From positions 13,080-77,079 of IMG/VR virus record IMGVR_UViG_3300033149_006357: a DNA stretch of 64,000 nucleotides; one strand, given 5' to 3'. Shown in pieces: positions 17,173 through 27,269 of this stretch (the first letter of the stretch is position 1; every line of letters begins with the position of its first letter). The translations under genes were made by a program, and so were the position numbers. The notes beneath the pieces are model-generated. The model was not told the DNA's origin and made no database searches. It worked only from the letters and a program-made list of their open reading frames with translations. The DNA is from a virus.

Positions 17173-20100
17173 TACACTACCCCTATACTGGAATACGCCT
17201 TGTTCTTCGATACGAGCAGATTAAGCTGTTCCATAAACGACCCCGCATCCTCCGGCCTCGTGATGTTTGGAAACGCCCCGCTGAACGCGCCCGCATAGAA
17301 GTTCATCGTGTTCGGCCTGCTCACCACGTCCGAAAGCGACATCTTCATATCGGACAGCGCCGCGGCGGCAGCAGATTGAAAATCAAAATCCCTCATGCCA
17401 ATAGCCATATTGTGCACAATAGCTTTCCCAGATTCGCTAAGTCCATACAACGGGCTTCTCTTGTCTTTTGGTTCCGAAAATGGCAACAGATTGCGCAATT
17501 CTTGCAACTTTTTTCTAAACCACTCTGTCACCTCCCCCCACTTTCTTTTAATGCCCTCCTTGACTGAGTTGGCTATCTTTGCGCCAATAGATACCGCATC
17601 CCTTAGCCACTCTGGGCCAGCCTTTAGTACGCCAGACAAGAATGGCTTAAGTATCAACTCAACAAACGTATCTATGAGATCCTGGGCGAGCTTAAGCGCA
17701 TCAATTTCCAGCAAAGCGATAAACCAGGCAAATATCTGCGTAAAAACGTCGAGCAACTTCTCCGCCAATTCAGACACAAACAAAGTAAGCTTTAGTACGC
17801 CGATAGTAAACCAGAGCACGAGCTTATCCTTCAGCTTTGTCGAAAGCTCCGGCAGCTTTTCCGTCATCACCGTCAGCCACAGGCCAATTATACTGCCAAT
17901 CGCCCACGACACGAGCTTGGTAAGATTCTCAGCGCCTTCTACAAACAGCTCTATCGCCTTTTCAAACAACGTGCTAAAGAAAGTAGACATCGTTTCGGAG
18001 TGCTTTGGCATTTCACCGGTCATGCGATACGTCGCAAGTCGGATTACACGCCGAAACTCAAGTTTCAGCAACACGGACCACAGCCTGACCTTTCTGCGCA
18101 CGACGCTGATCGCTCCGGGTATGATGCTGCCAATGGATGCGCCGATCTTCTCCTTTTCCTTCTCGCCCTTTTTCGCAAGCTCCTCCTTGAACTTGTCAAT
18201 CCCCGCTTCCACCCAACCCATGACGGCACTGCTAAGCTTCTCGGCCCATTCTGGCGTTTTCTCAATAATATAGTTCACGGCCTCGTCGATCAAAAACGAG
18301 AACTGCTGAGAAAGCGACATCTCGTCCCAATCCTCTGGGAGCTCTACGCCCACTATATCGAGCAACTTTTTCAGTATCACCTTTAGCTTGCCCTCGACAG
18401 GCAATGCCAGAAACTCCTCGACGCTCTTTCTGGCCTCATAGAAATTATCCGAAAGAGACAGCGCTGAGTCCGCCAGATTATCGAGCATGCCGGCGATGTC
18501 ATCTTTCACGTCGAAATCGAGCTTGAAATCGGTTTCGACGGCGGCCTTCTCCATCGCTTTTGCCATGCGCTCGAGCAGTTTGGTCTGTTTGAGCTGGAGG
18601 TCGATGGTCTCTCTCTGCGCCGCGATGAGCTCGCGCTGCCAATCCACCGCCTCTTTTGCGACATTTACCTCGTTCTCCGCCGCACGCAGTTTTTCCTGCA
18701 ACTCTTTTGGAACAAATCCCGCGCGCTCTGCGGCGGCGACCTGCTCCTGTACATCCTTGAGCTTGTTCACGGCTTGCTGGTATCTCAAAATCCTGCGGAT
18801 GTACTCGACGATCTCAGCCCCGCCCTCGCCCAGTTTCTTCGAGATCCCGGCTATGATTTCTTCGCTCACCTGACCAGTCTGCCTGAAAACGCTTAGGAGC
18901 TGCGCCACGTCCTTGCGCACAGATCTGAGTATGGCTGGCATTCGTTTTTCGGATATCGCACCGGCGGACACTGCCTGTCGCAACGCATCTCGGATCGGGG
19001 CGACGATATCCCGCAGCACGCTAAAATCCGCAAGGGCAAATCCCTTGAGATACTCCATCATGACGCCACGACCCCACCTGACAATATGAGACAGCGGCCC
19101 TTTCTTTGGCGGCGAATGGGATGCCAGAAAAGCGCCGATCATACCCCCGATCAGTTTCATGATGCCCTCTATCAGCGCATCCGCGGCCTTTAACATCCCC
19201 TCTGCGAACGACGCGACCAGGTTCCAGCCCCAGACCAGCGCCTGAGAGATCCATGAATCCACCAGCAACTTGATCGCCGTGAGCAGGTTGATGAACGCGT
19301 CCTTTAGATCCCTCTTCGCGCCCTCTACGTCCCCGAGGATCATCTTGTTGATCGCGCCCAGGACGTTGTGTAGCGCCATAAAGATCGCGCCGAAATTGTC
19401 CACTATCGATTGCACGAACTGCGCCATCCTACTATTTGCGTCTTGCAAAAGCTCGGACAGATGCTCGACAAAACCTTTCAGGCGCTCTGTTATCGAGCGG
19501 ACGATGTTCTCGAAATCAAGCGCAAACTGCTTGAACCACCCCGTGAAGAAACCAATGAGCGGGGCGAGCATGCTCTTAATGGTCGCCAGCAACTCCTTCA
19601 CGGAATCTTTGATGCCTGCAAAGTTCTCGTCCCACAGCTTCTTGAAGCCCCTGACGACGGCGATGATCCCGGCGATGGCGGCACTGATGGCTATCATCCA
19701 CGGTAGAGATATCGCAAGTTGCCTGCCAACGGCGCGGATAAGCGGCACCAATGCCTTGATGGCCGGAGCGAGCGACATAATCGCGCCAAGCAACGTACCA
19801 GCCACCGCGCCCCACTTTACGAAGTTTGCAATCATATCCTTTACATTTTCTGGCAACCCAACGAACGATTTAAGCAACTTGTTCATCCCGAAAATGAGCT
19901 TTGCCAGTATCGGCTCAAACCTTCTTCCAAACACCAGTAGCGATTCCTCGAACAAGCGCTTCATCGAGCTGAGCTGCTTTCCTGCGGTCTTCATCGCCTC
20001 GTTGTAAACACCTTGCACCGAATTCGCCTCTTTCAACAGGCCATTGATAAGAGCGAGATAGCGCTCCTGTTGAGTTAGAGCCTTGACGCTCTTTCCGATT

Positions 20101-22196
20101 TCCTTTGCATAGTCCTGGTAGAAGTGAATGGCGTTCCGGCCAATGCCAAGCGCGTTCAGTAGCTGAGAGTTTCCAGTCTGAATAAAGTAAATAAACCTGC
20201 CAAAGACCTCGGAGCTCGTCAGGTTGGAGATGGTCACGCCGAGGTTCTTGGCAGCTTGCGCCAAATCCTCGACTTTATCGACAGGAAGTCTCGCCCTCAA
20301 AAACTGAGTGAGCGCTTTTGTGGCTTCTCGTGTCGTGATTCCAGTGTCCACGAGCGTATCGCGCAAGTAATCGACATATCCTGTGAATTTCCCGACATCC
20401 GCACCGGCCTCTTGCGCGATGTTCGTTGCTACGGTGCGCATCGTCATCTCGAGCGTCCTGACCTCTGCGCCAAGCATGCCGGTTTTTACCATGAGGCCCG
20501 TCATCCCAAGACCAAGCGCCGTGAAGGTGCTGCTGGCAATTGTCACGAGCGCCCTGAACTTATCCGCAAGCGTCCCCGACACAGACGCCACAGCGGTAAA
20601 GGACCGCACCAGTTGGTCCGCGAACCTTCCGGCCCCAACGATCAGCATCGAGAACGCAGGATCGATCTGCCCCAAGGCGCCACCAACCGCACCGATGATC
20701 CCAATGGTGGCCCCAAGGGACATCCCAAACATCGCGGCACTCTCGGACGCGCCGTAAAGCCGATTCCCAAGGCTCGATATCCCAGATGACATCATGCCTT
20801 TCGGGGCAACATAGTACAACAAGTCGCTCTGCGCACTGGTCGCATCCTTTGTCGCTGCACTGAAGCTCTCAACGCCGAGCCTGGCATCGTCCACGTTTTT
20901 TCTAAAAATGCCAAATATCCCGCGCCTGCGTGGCCGCCCTTGCTCGAGCCTCTTGGCCTCTATGGCAAATTGCTGCAGGATTGCCTGAAGCTCCTTAAAG
21001 TTCTTCGCAAGCTCCTCTGGAACCTCTCCCCCGGTCGCCCTTAAGACCATCATGACTCTGTTGAACTCTTTGACCTTCGACCTGGCACGCTCCAGATATT
21101 GCACGGAAATTTCGCCAGATGAACGCCACCTGGACTCAACATATCCGAGGTTTGTAGCCATTGTGGACAGGGCAGACGACATCCTGGTGATCAGCTTTGA
21201 CTGGATGCCAGAACGCCTTGCGACATCATCGCTCATCTCCTCGTATGCCCGCCTGAAAAGAAAAGGCTGCGAGATCAGCCTCTCGAATTTCTCAGAAAAA
21301 TTATCCAATCCAATCTGGCTAAGGGCAAATTCGGTGCGCTGATTCTTCAGCGACGCCCCAAGGTCGTCCATGCGCATCCTTGTACGCAAAATGCCCTTCT
21401 CCAGGTTGTTCATGACGGCGTTGTACTCTTCTAGTGGAGCGCCAAGCCGAACGAGGAGCGCTCTGAGCGCCATCATCTCGCGGCCCTGTGTCTCCCAGGC
21501 CGCCTCGCCAACCTCCCCGACCTGCTTGATCGCGGACGCGTATAGCATCAGTTTTTGCGACAGCTCGGTAAGCTCTTTCAAGCGCGCTGCAACGCCGCGC
21601 CTGAATCGTATCTCATCGGCCTCCATCTCTCGCCATGCCTGTGCCTGCACCCTGACGTTGGTCGTGAGTATGCCCATTCTCTCAGATAGCGCACCGATAT
21701 CGCCAGACATCTTCCCAAACAACCTGGATGTCTTGGAGACAAACGAGAATATCGATTGCGAGATCCGCCCAACCTGCTCGACGGGCTTCGCCAGGCCCTT
21801 CAGCATGTCGCTTCTTTCGATCAGGCTCGAAAGGGCCGAAGAAACCATGCTAATTCCAGATGCAGTATCCGTAAAGCTCTCGCCAATCGAGCTCAGGCCA
21901 AGCCGGATGCTCGACACGGCGTCCATAACAGACATCTCGACTGGCTCCATCGCTATCGCGATGGCTGCAGCGTTGCCATTGAACTGCGTCTTGAATTTCC
22001 TCGTCTCTCCAGTGGCCTCGGTGAAAAGCTTTACTATCTTTTCAACTGCCGGCTCCATACTGTCCGAGAAATCGCTGGCCGACTCAGAAATAGATCGCAT
22101 GGACGATTCAACGGTACTTGCCAGATCCTTGATCGCACCTGTCGCTAAATCGCTCAGTGTGATTTTGATTTCGCCAGAAAAGATTTCTTCTGCCAT
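17172..22196 (-). CDS. tape measure protein
   Basis: 1674 aa, Ala/Gly-rich and helical, two SHSPPKKGPLS / FSEPKDKRSPL motifs; follows the chaperone genes. Confidence 0.92.
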   Translation of the reverse strand: MAEEIFSGEIKITLSDLATGAIKDLASTVESSMRSISESASDFSDSMEPAVEKIVKLFTEATGETRKFKTQFNGNAAAIAIAMEPVEMSVMDAVSSIRLGLSSIGESFTDTASGISMVSSALSSLIERSDMLKGLAKPVEQVGRISQSIFSFVSKTSRLFGKMSGDIGALSERMGILTTNVRVQAQAWREMEADEIRFRRGVAARLKELTELSQKLMLYASAIKQVGEVGEAAWETQGREMMALRALLVRLGAPLEEYNAVMNNLEKGILRTRMRMDDLGASLKNQRTEFALSQIGLDNFSEKFERLISQPFLFRRAYEEMSDDVARRSGIQSKLITRMSSALSTMATNLGYVESRWRSSGEISVQYLERARSKVKEFNRVMMVLRATGGEVPEELAKNFKELQAILQQFAIEAKRLEQGRPRRRGIFGIFRKNVDDARLGVESFSAATKDATSAQSDLLYYVAPKGMMSSGISSLGNRLYGASESAAMFGMSLGATIGIIGAVGGALGQIDPAFSMLIVGAGRFADQLVRSFTAVASVSGTLADKFRALVTIASSTFTALGLGMTGLMVKTGMLGAEVRTLEMTMRTVATNIAQEAGADVGKFTGYVDYLRDTLVDTGITTREATKALTQFLRARLPVDKVEDLAQAAKNLGVTISNLTSSEVFGRFIYFIQTGNSQLLNALGIGRNAIHFYQDYAKEIGKSVKALTQQERYLALINGLLKEANSVQGVYNEAMKTAGKQLSSMKRLFEESLLVFGRRFEPILAKLIFGMNKLLKSFVGLPENVKDMIANFVKWGAVAGTLLGAIMSLAPAIKALVPLIRAVGRQLAISLPWMIAISAAIAGIIAVVRGFKKLWDENFAGIKDSVKELLATIKSMLAPLIGFFTGWFKQFALDFENIVRSITERLKGFVEHLSELLQDANSRMAQFVQSIVDNFGAIFMALHNVLGAINKMILGDVEGAKRDLKDAFINLLTAIKLLVDSWISQALVWGWNLVASFAEGMLKAADALIEGIMKLIGGMIGAFLASHSPPKKGPLSHIVRWGRGVMMEYLKGFALADFSVLRDIVAPIRDALRQAVSAGAISEKRMPAILRSVRKDVAQLLSVFRQTGQVSEEIIAGISKKLGEGGAEIVEYIRRILRYQQAVNKLKDVQEQVAAAERAGFVPKELQEKLRAAENEVNVAKEAVDWQRELIAAQRETIDLQLKQTKLLERMAKAMEKAAVETDFKLDFDVKDDIAGMLDNLADSALSLSDNFYEARKSVEEFLALPVEGKLKVILKKLLDIVGVELPEDWDEMSLSQQFSFLIDEAVNYIIEKTPEWAEKLSSAVMGWVEAGIDKFKEELAKKGEKEKEKIGASIGSIIPGAISVVRRKVRLWSVLLKLEFRRVIRLATYRMTGEMPKHSETMSTFFSTLFEKAIELFVEGAENLTKLVSWAIGSIIGLWLTVMTEKLPELSTKLKDKLVLWFTIGVLKLTLFVSELAEKLLDVFTQIFAWFIALLEIDALKLAQDLIDTFVELILKPFLSGVLKAGPEWLRDAVSIGAKIANSVKEGIKRKWGEVTEWFRKKLQELRNLLPFSEPKDKRSPLYGLSESGKAIVHNMAIGMRDFDFQSAAAAALSDMKMSLSDVVSRPNTMNFYAGAFSGAFPNITRPEDAGSFMEQLNLLVSKNKAYSSIGVV

Positions 22197-22210
22197 AATA
22201 GATTCCTAGC

Positions 22211-22239
22211 AAAAACGGGGGCTAGTGATTGGCCCCCGT
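22211..22239 (-). terminator. terminator/attenuator upstream of the tape measure gene
   Basis: Minus strand ACGGGGGCCA-atcac-TAGCCCCCGT followed by a T-run. Confidence 0.6.
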
Positions 22240-22710
22240 CAGCATTTGAGTTGCTCTCGCAGATGGTACGAAAAAGCTACCCTCGGGGGGTGAAACTTCG
22301 TTCCCATCTTCGTCAACGTATTTAATTTCCCCATCAGCCCCTACGATCTGGCGCACCATCATCAGGCCCTTTCTCTTTGCCACATCGTATACATCGCCCT
22401 TTACGGGGGCGATCTTCAGGTCTTTCGCCAGGCTCGTTATCTTTTCTCCAATATCTGCAGAGGACATTGCCCCTCTGTGACGATATCTCCATCTAAACTT
22501 TTTGGGATCCCCGCCTGCGCTTACCCAAAAGCGAAAGTCGTCTTGTTCCTGGGCCTCAATCGAAGCGTCAAGATAGCGTATCCAATCGCGCCAATACATG
22601 TCGCGCTCGATTTCCATCACGGACACGCCAGTATGTTTCGAGACGAGCAATATGACGGGGGCTAGTCCTCCTTCTTCTCTTCCTGAGCCCCCGAGCCTGC
22701 GAAGTTTTTT
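22222..22710 (-). CDS. tail assembly chaperone, -1 frameshift extension (gpGT-like)
   Basis: Open -1 frame from the slippery site to TAG 22222; no own ATG/RBS at the ORF start. Confidence 0.8.
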   Translation of the reverse strand, partial: KKLRRLGGSGREEGGLAPVILLVSKHTGVSVMEIERDMYWRDWIRYLDASIEAQEQDDFRFWVSAGGDPKKFRWRYRHRGAMSSADIGEKITSLAKDLKIAPVKGDVYDVAKRKGLMMVRQIVGADGEIKYVDEDGNEVSPPEGSFFVPSARATQMLTGANH

Positions 22711-23114
22711 AGTGCAGTGAGTACTTCCTCGCCGAAACTCGTCTTAATGTGAAACTGCACGGCTCTCCACAGCGCGATGCCGATCTCCTGCATCGTCCCA
22801 TTATTCTCAAGAAACTCATAATCTTTTTGCAATAGGAATGGTACGATCTCCCTGGAAAAACGATCGTATTTCTCTCCAAGGACATTTGACACAAACCCAA
22901 TTGCTCTCAAAATCGTATCGAGCTGCAACCTGATCTCGCCATCGAAGTCCTCGGAGAACCACTCATCAATGCGTATGCCGCCCTTGTATGCAGCATACAC
23001 GATCTCCGCACACATTCCAATCACATCTGGCATGATCTGGATCGCACGCAGACCTTTAAGCGGGGTGATGTCCCACGTTTCGCCACCCACGCTTACCGTC
23101 ACTTTTTCTTCCAT
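22662..23114 (-). CDS. tail assembly chaperone (gpG-like)
   Basis: Lies between tail tube and TMP; ends ALKNF with the slippery sequence A AAA AAC. Confidence 0.8.
   Translation of the reverse strand: MEEKVTVSVGGETWDITPLKGLRAIQIMPDVIGMCAEIVYAAYKGGIRIDEWFSEDFDGEIRLQLDTILRAIGFVSNVLGEKYDRFSREIVPFLLQKDYEFLENNGTMQEIGIALWRAVQFHIKTSFGEEVLTALKNFAGSGAQEEKKED
22704..22710 (-). promoter_or_regulatory. -1 programmed frameshift heptamer AAAAAAC
   Basis: X XXY YYZ in the correct phase; downstream stem CGGGGGCT/AGCCCCCG. Confidence 0.8.
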
Positions 23115-23123
23115 TTTTATCCC

Positions 23124-23762
23124 CTAGTAAAGATACAGAGAGCCCAGCCTGTTGCCACGGCTACGGGCCGTCACTGGCTTCGCGGTAAACTCCAATGAGA
23201 CAGTGTTGTTTTCACGCGAGTTCATCGCCCACTCAAGACCGCCACTCACAAACACATCATAGAGCGTGAGCACGCCGCCGGAAATGCCGCTGGTGACGTC
23301 CTCCGATGACGGGGCGTCACACGAGTCATTGGTGAACTCGACGCTGATCGGCCTCGACCGCATCGTGCAGCCGCCGCCAAATGTATACACGCGCTCATTC
23401 CCGAGCGAGTACATCGTACCGGTGCCAAGAGCGAGCTCCAATGTTTGCGGCTTGAATTCAAGAATCTCGATCGTCAGCCTGGTCTCCTCGCCCGTCACCT
23501 GGTACACCGTGTTGAGCGCCAGGTTGAATGTCTCAACAGGCTCATATGTTGGTTCATACGACCAAGACAGATCCGCAACACCGCCGATCTCAACGCTCTG
23601 CCCAGCCTGCAACCCAATAGACGCCTCATATGTGCTATACACCCAAGATGACGTTTCCAACGAACCGTACAGGTTGGATGTACCAATCTTGATCGCGCCC
23701 TCCGGCTTCAAGAAAAAACCAGCAGTAATGGTTGGGGCCGAAGGAGTGTAATACGTTGCCAT
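23124..23762 (-). CDS. major tail (tube) protein
   Basis: 212 aa, beta-rich, canonical position. Confidence 0.8.
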   Translation of the reverse strand: MATYYTPSAPTITAGFFLKPEGAIKIGTSNLYGSLETSSWVYSTYEASIGLQAGQSVEIGGVADLSWSYEPTYEPVETFNLALNTVYQVTGEETRLTIEILEFKPQTLELALGTGTMYSLGNERVYTFGGGCTMRSRPISVEFTNDSCDAPSSEDVTSGISGGVLTLYDVFVSGGLEWAMNSRENNTVSLEFTAKPVTARSRGNRLGSLYLY

Positions 23763-24017
23763 TTATGTCCTCCTACTTACATCTTCTGATGTCGGATTAA
23801 GCCTCACGAAAAGCGGCCTCGAAGTACCGCTCCCGCATGGACAATATCGCCTGATATCCAATAAGCGATCTGCGTCCTCTGGGTGAACCCACGTCCCATG
23901 TTTTCCTATCAAGTACGATACGTTGTCCAAAGCTAGACTAAGAACTTTCTGCTCACCAAACCCCCTATTTGTACCCAAGAACACCCAATCATAACGATCC
24001 GCCATCTCCACACTCAT
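23763..24017 (-). CDS. hypothetical protein
   Basis: Coupled ORF in the neck/tail block. Confidence 0.55.
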   Translation of the reverse strand: MSVEMADRYDWVFLGTNRGFGEQKVLSLALDNVSYLIGKHGTWVHPEDADRLLDIRRYCPCGSGTSRPLFVRLNPTSEDVSRRT

Positions 24018-24516
24018 TCAACAAGCTAAACGATATAACAGCATACAAAATCGGATATTCAGAGTTTTGCCCGTACCACGCCGTCCTATCCTCGACAGAG
24101 ATCGTGGCGGCGGGCAGATCCAGCCTATATCTCGGAGAGCTCGTGCTATCCGGGAACCACCTTGCACCTCTAAGCCCGTAGACGATGCGACTGACAACCG
24201 TCCTGAAATCCGCATGGACTGTATCATATGGCACGGTATCTGACGATTGTGGCACCGCCAGATCGCTGATATGAACCTCCACATCGTACCTCACAACCGG
24301 TCTCTGCCCAGGAGAGTTGCGGATATCGGATAGCGTCTCTGTCGCGCGTCGAACATGTACAGCGATCACATAGTACTGCGATGGTGGATTCAGAATCGTC
24401 GGCGAGATCTCCGCTATCTGCCTGTCCACGCCCTGGTGCGAGATGCCAGATACAAACCCGTCCTTGTTATTTTCCAGCCACTCAGAAATCGCAGAAACGG
24501 CAGCATCTATGTTCAT
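23989..24516 (-). CDS. tail terminator-like protein
   Basis: Size and position. Confidence 0.55.
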   Translation of the reverse strand: MNIDAAVSAISEWLENNKDGFVSGISHQGVDRQIAEISPTILNPPSQYYVIAVHVRRATETLSDIRNSPGQRPVVRYDVEVHISDLAVPQSSDTVPYDTVHADFRTVVSRIVYGLRGARWFPDSTSSPRYRLDLPAATISVEDRTAWYGQNSEYPILYAVISFSLLNECGDGGSL

Positions 24517-25091
24517 AGTTCACCATCGCGCATGCGCTGCATGATCATCTCCCTGATACGAGGTCTTGCCGCATCGTATGCGTCCTCCAGGAAATCTCTA
24601 TCCAGGTAAATCCCTGGATGGTTGACGTGCGTCCATATCCACCTGTCCTGCCCATCCATGTAAAAAGCTAGCGGGTGCACGGTCCCGTCCTTATCTGGCT
24701 GCAGATACCTCTCTCCGTACAATGGAATTCTGTGTGGAGCTGTACCGCCTGGCCACTTGTACGGAATGCCTTTTGTGAAAAATCCCACATGTGGAGACGC
24801 AGAATATACATTTATATTTACGCCAAGCTCATCGATGCCCGCAATATGCCTTGCGCCGAAATGCCAACTTGCGGAGAGCCCATCCTTAATCGGAACTTCG
24901 CCAAGCCTCTCGCTTGGCCTCTCGCCAAATCTCCACGAGAACATATCCAGGTTTTCCGACCCATCTGGCGCGTATTCTTTCACCCATTTGATCAACTCAT
25001 CCGCCGCATCCAGGCCGAGTAATTCTATGCGCCCTTCCTTTGATGCGAAAAAGTACTTGACCCTCCTGACAAGCCTACCAAACAGATTCAT
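24513..25091 (-). CDS. neck/tail-completion protein (HK97 gp10-like)
   Basis: GT.PH.I, V.HPG and FL..A motifs; position. Confidence 0.65.
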   Translation of the reverse strand: MNLFGRLVRRVKYFFASKEGRIELLGLDAADELIKWVKEYAPDGSENLDMFSWRFGERPSERLGEVPIKDGLSASWHFGARHIAGIDELGVNINVYSASPHVGFFTKGIPYKWPGGTAPHRIPLYGERYLQPDKDGTVHPLAFYMDGQDRWIWTHVNHPGIYLDRDFLEDAYDAARPRIREMIMQRMRDGEL

Positions 25092-25699
25092 CAGTCCACG
25101 CTCGATGATCGCAACTCATACACATAGTCCCAATCTATATCCAGAGACCTCACCTCGGCGTATTCATCCATCAACATCTCCGTGTACTCGGCAAGACCCT
25201 GGAACCTGGTCGGATCTATGTAGTCCTCGACAAAATCGATGCGCGGGCCATATGGCTCACTCAACCACTTCTCCGCTTTCGTGCCTTTGTAATAATCCGC
25301 CCTAAAACCGATCCCAGTTTCCAAGATATCCCTGCGCATCCGATCGAACAGCTCTCCAAAGACATTGCCCTGCGCGGCCCTCGAGGCAAAACCGCCCATA
25401 GCGGGGGCAGGGCGTAAGATGTATCCACCAGCAAGCGCCGCCGTGCCAACCGCACTCATGTAAGACAAAAACGTCGTCTGAGACATGGGCCACGTTTCGC
25501 CTGATAGCACGGCGAACGGAATCTTGTAACCCACGGATCGAAACGTGGCCTCTACCAGTGAGTCCGTCCACGGTATCAGCGTATCGATCCTGGATGCAGT
25601 TGGCATGCTGTTTGCATTCGCGGTCGACCCAACAAACAGCGTCGTCAGCAGGTAGCTGACCTGATCAGATGTGCAGTATGGAGTTGTCGGGGCCATCAC
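25091..25699 (-). CDS. head-tail adaptor
   Basis: YCT..QV N-terminus and GY.IPF motif; follows the MCP. Confidence 0.7.
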   Translation of the reverse strand: MMAPTTPYCTSDQVSYLLTTLFVGSTANANSMPTASRIDTLIPWTDSLVEATFRSVGYKIPFAVLSGETWPMSQTTFLSYMSAVGTAALAGGYILRPAPAMGGFASRAAQGNVFGELFDRMRRDILETGIGFRADYYKGTKAEKWLSEPYGPRIDFVEDYIDPTRFQGLAEYTEMLMDEYAEVRSLDIDWDYVYELRSSSVD

Positions 25700-25704
25700 A
25701 CCCC

Positions 25705-26859
25705 CTAGTTAAAGACATCCAGCACAAAAACCTCTTGCGATGACTTTAGAACAGGGAATCCCTTGATCCCAACGCCAAGCTCGGTCGTCCACGGCGGTTT
25801 CTTCATCACGTCGATCCATGTGTACTTGCCCGGCTTATAGCTTTGATCCGGCCCTGCGGTCGGTGCCGTCGCAAGATATGCAATGTCTCCGCCAAGCGCA
25901 CCAGGCGGGATAATGATGACTTTGCCCGGCTTCAAGAAATGCACATGGTTCTCTGTAACACCGCTCTCGCTGCCCAGGTTGGTCTCGTATGTCCACACGG
26001 CAGAATATGTGAGAATGTTATATCCCAGCTTCGTCTCAAGGAAATCCTGCAGATCCGGGTAGTTCACAAAACGCTGACCGGTATCCGTTCCCTTGAACCA
26101 GTTGATCACATTGGGCCTGGTCGCCATGTATGACAACACATCCTCACCCATGATTACGGTTGCGCCACGGATAGGCATGTGAATGGTGTTCGCCATCAGA
26201 TCCCGCACGACCTCCAGGTCGAGGATCGGATCCGCGCTCGCGTGCTTCCAGTTATACCCGCCGCCGGATCGACTGTTGTAGCCAGAAAGAGAACTCACGT
26301 CCTGCTTGAAATTCGCTCTGAACTCCAGATCCAACGTGATGGACGCATTGCCCCAATACGCAGGAGCGCTCGTGATGGTGTTGCCATCATCATCTTTCGG
26401 CGGCCATGTGATCGTGCCTTGCAATGCCTGCAAACACAGGTACTCGATGGTCGCCTCTACCTCATCATCTGCGCTGGCAAGTTTCGTTCGCACGTGGCGT
26501 AGCGCTTTGTTGCGCTTGTTCGCCAGAACGCGGCTCTTGATGGCCAGCTCGCCAGGCTCGCGCAGCGTCATCACTGCTTCCTCGTCGAGCTTCCTGGCGG
26601 CCATGACGTTCATGACATCCGCCATGATCTGGTAAAACCCAGGATCATCCCCAGGGATTGGCGTACCGTCCATCGAGTAAATGCCAGCAATGCGATTCGC
26701 AGCACGCACAACATCCCACAGCACCTGATACTCGCCGATGTCTTTCTCCGGGAAGAATCTCCTACCAATATACTGTGCCCGCAACGCTTCCGACGTTGGC
26801 CTTTCCTTGACCATCGCGTCGAGAAACTTGGTTGTCAATACATTAGGAAAAGTAGCCAT
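25705..26859 (-). CDS. major capsid protein (lambda E-like, HK97 fold)
   Basis: 384 aa; FFP, E.LC.QAL.G.I, W....ADPI.DL and P-VL motifs. Confidence 0.88.
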   Translation of the reverse strand: MATFPNVLTTKFLDAMVKERPTSEALRAQYIGRRFFPEKDIGEYQVLWDVVRAANRIAGIYSMDGTPIPGDDPGFYQIMADVMNVMAARKLDEEAVMTLREPGELAIKSRVLANKRNKALRHVRTKLASADDEVEATIEYLCLQALQGTITWPPKDDDGNTITSAPAYWGNASITLDLEFRANFKQDVSSLSGYNSRSGGGYNWKHASADPILDLEVVRDLMANTIHMPIRGATVIMGEDVLSYMATRPNVINWFKGTDTGQRFVNYPDLQDFLETKLGYNILTYSAVWTYETNLGSESGVTENHVHFLKPGKVIIIPPGALGGDIAYLATAPTAGPDQSYKPGKYTWIDVMKKPPWTTELGVGIKGFPVLKSSQEVFVLDVFN

Positions 26860-26868
26860 TCGTCTCTC

Positions 26869-27261
26869 CTATACCCAAGTGATGTCATCTAGTGCAGTTT
26901 TTACAGCCGCCGGGACCGTGCCAACCGCGCCGCCATACACAAAGCAGCGCGACTCGATAAACACGCCGTGCCAAACCGGCGCGACAAGACGGTTCCCATA
27001 CGTCATATCATAGGTCTCATGCAGCACACCGACTGGCGTATCAGATCCGGTCCCATACGCTGCACTTGCATTGTACGGCACGTATTTATTCGTGCTGGAA
27101 TCTTTAGCCACGACTATTCCCGCATATACCCACTTCTCATGATACGAATTTTCTGCGATGTACGTGCTCGCGTCGAACTCGCGGCTCTCGCGCAACGAAA
27201 AGTGGTTGTCTCGAAGCACAGTCAAAGGCTGACGATGCTTCCTGGTTGTTCTAAATGCCAT
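26869..27261 (-). CDS. head decoration protein
   Basis: AG.VVA...KYVPY...G....GVL pattern; lies between protease and MCP. Confidence 0.75.
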   Translation of the reverse strand: MAFRTTRKHRQPLTVLRDNHFSLRESREFDASTYIAENSYHEKWVYAGIVVAKDSSTNKYVPYNASAAYGTGSDTPVGVLHETYDMTYGNRLVAPVWHGVFIESRCFVYGGAVGTVPAAVKTALDDITWV

Positions 27262-27269
27262 TTCCCCTC

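Noticed and set aside
17395-22209. Long + strand ORFs (e.g. 292, 245 and 279 aa) opposite the tape measure gene
   Set aside because: Antisense shadows of a codon-biased gene with Ser-rich nonsense composition.
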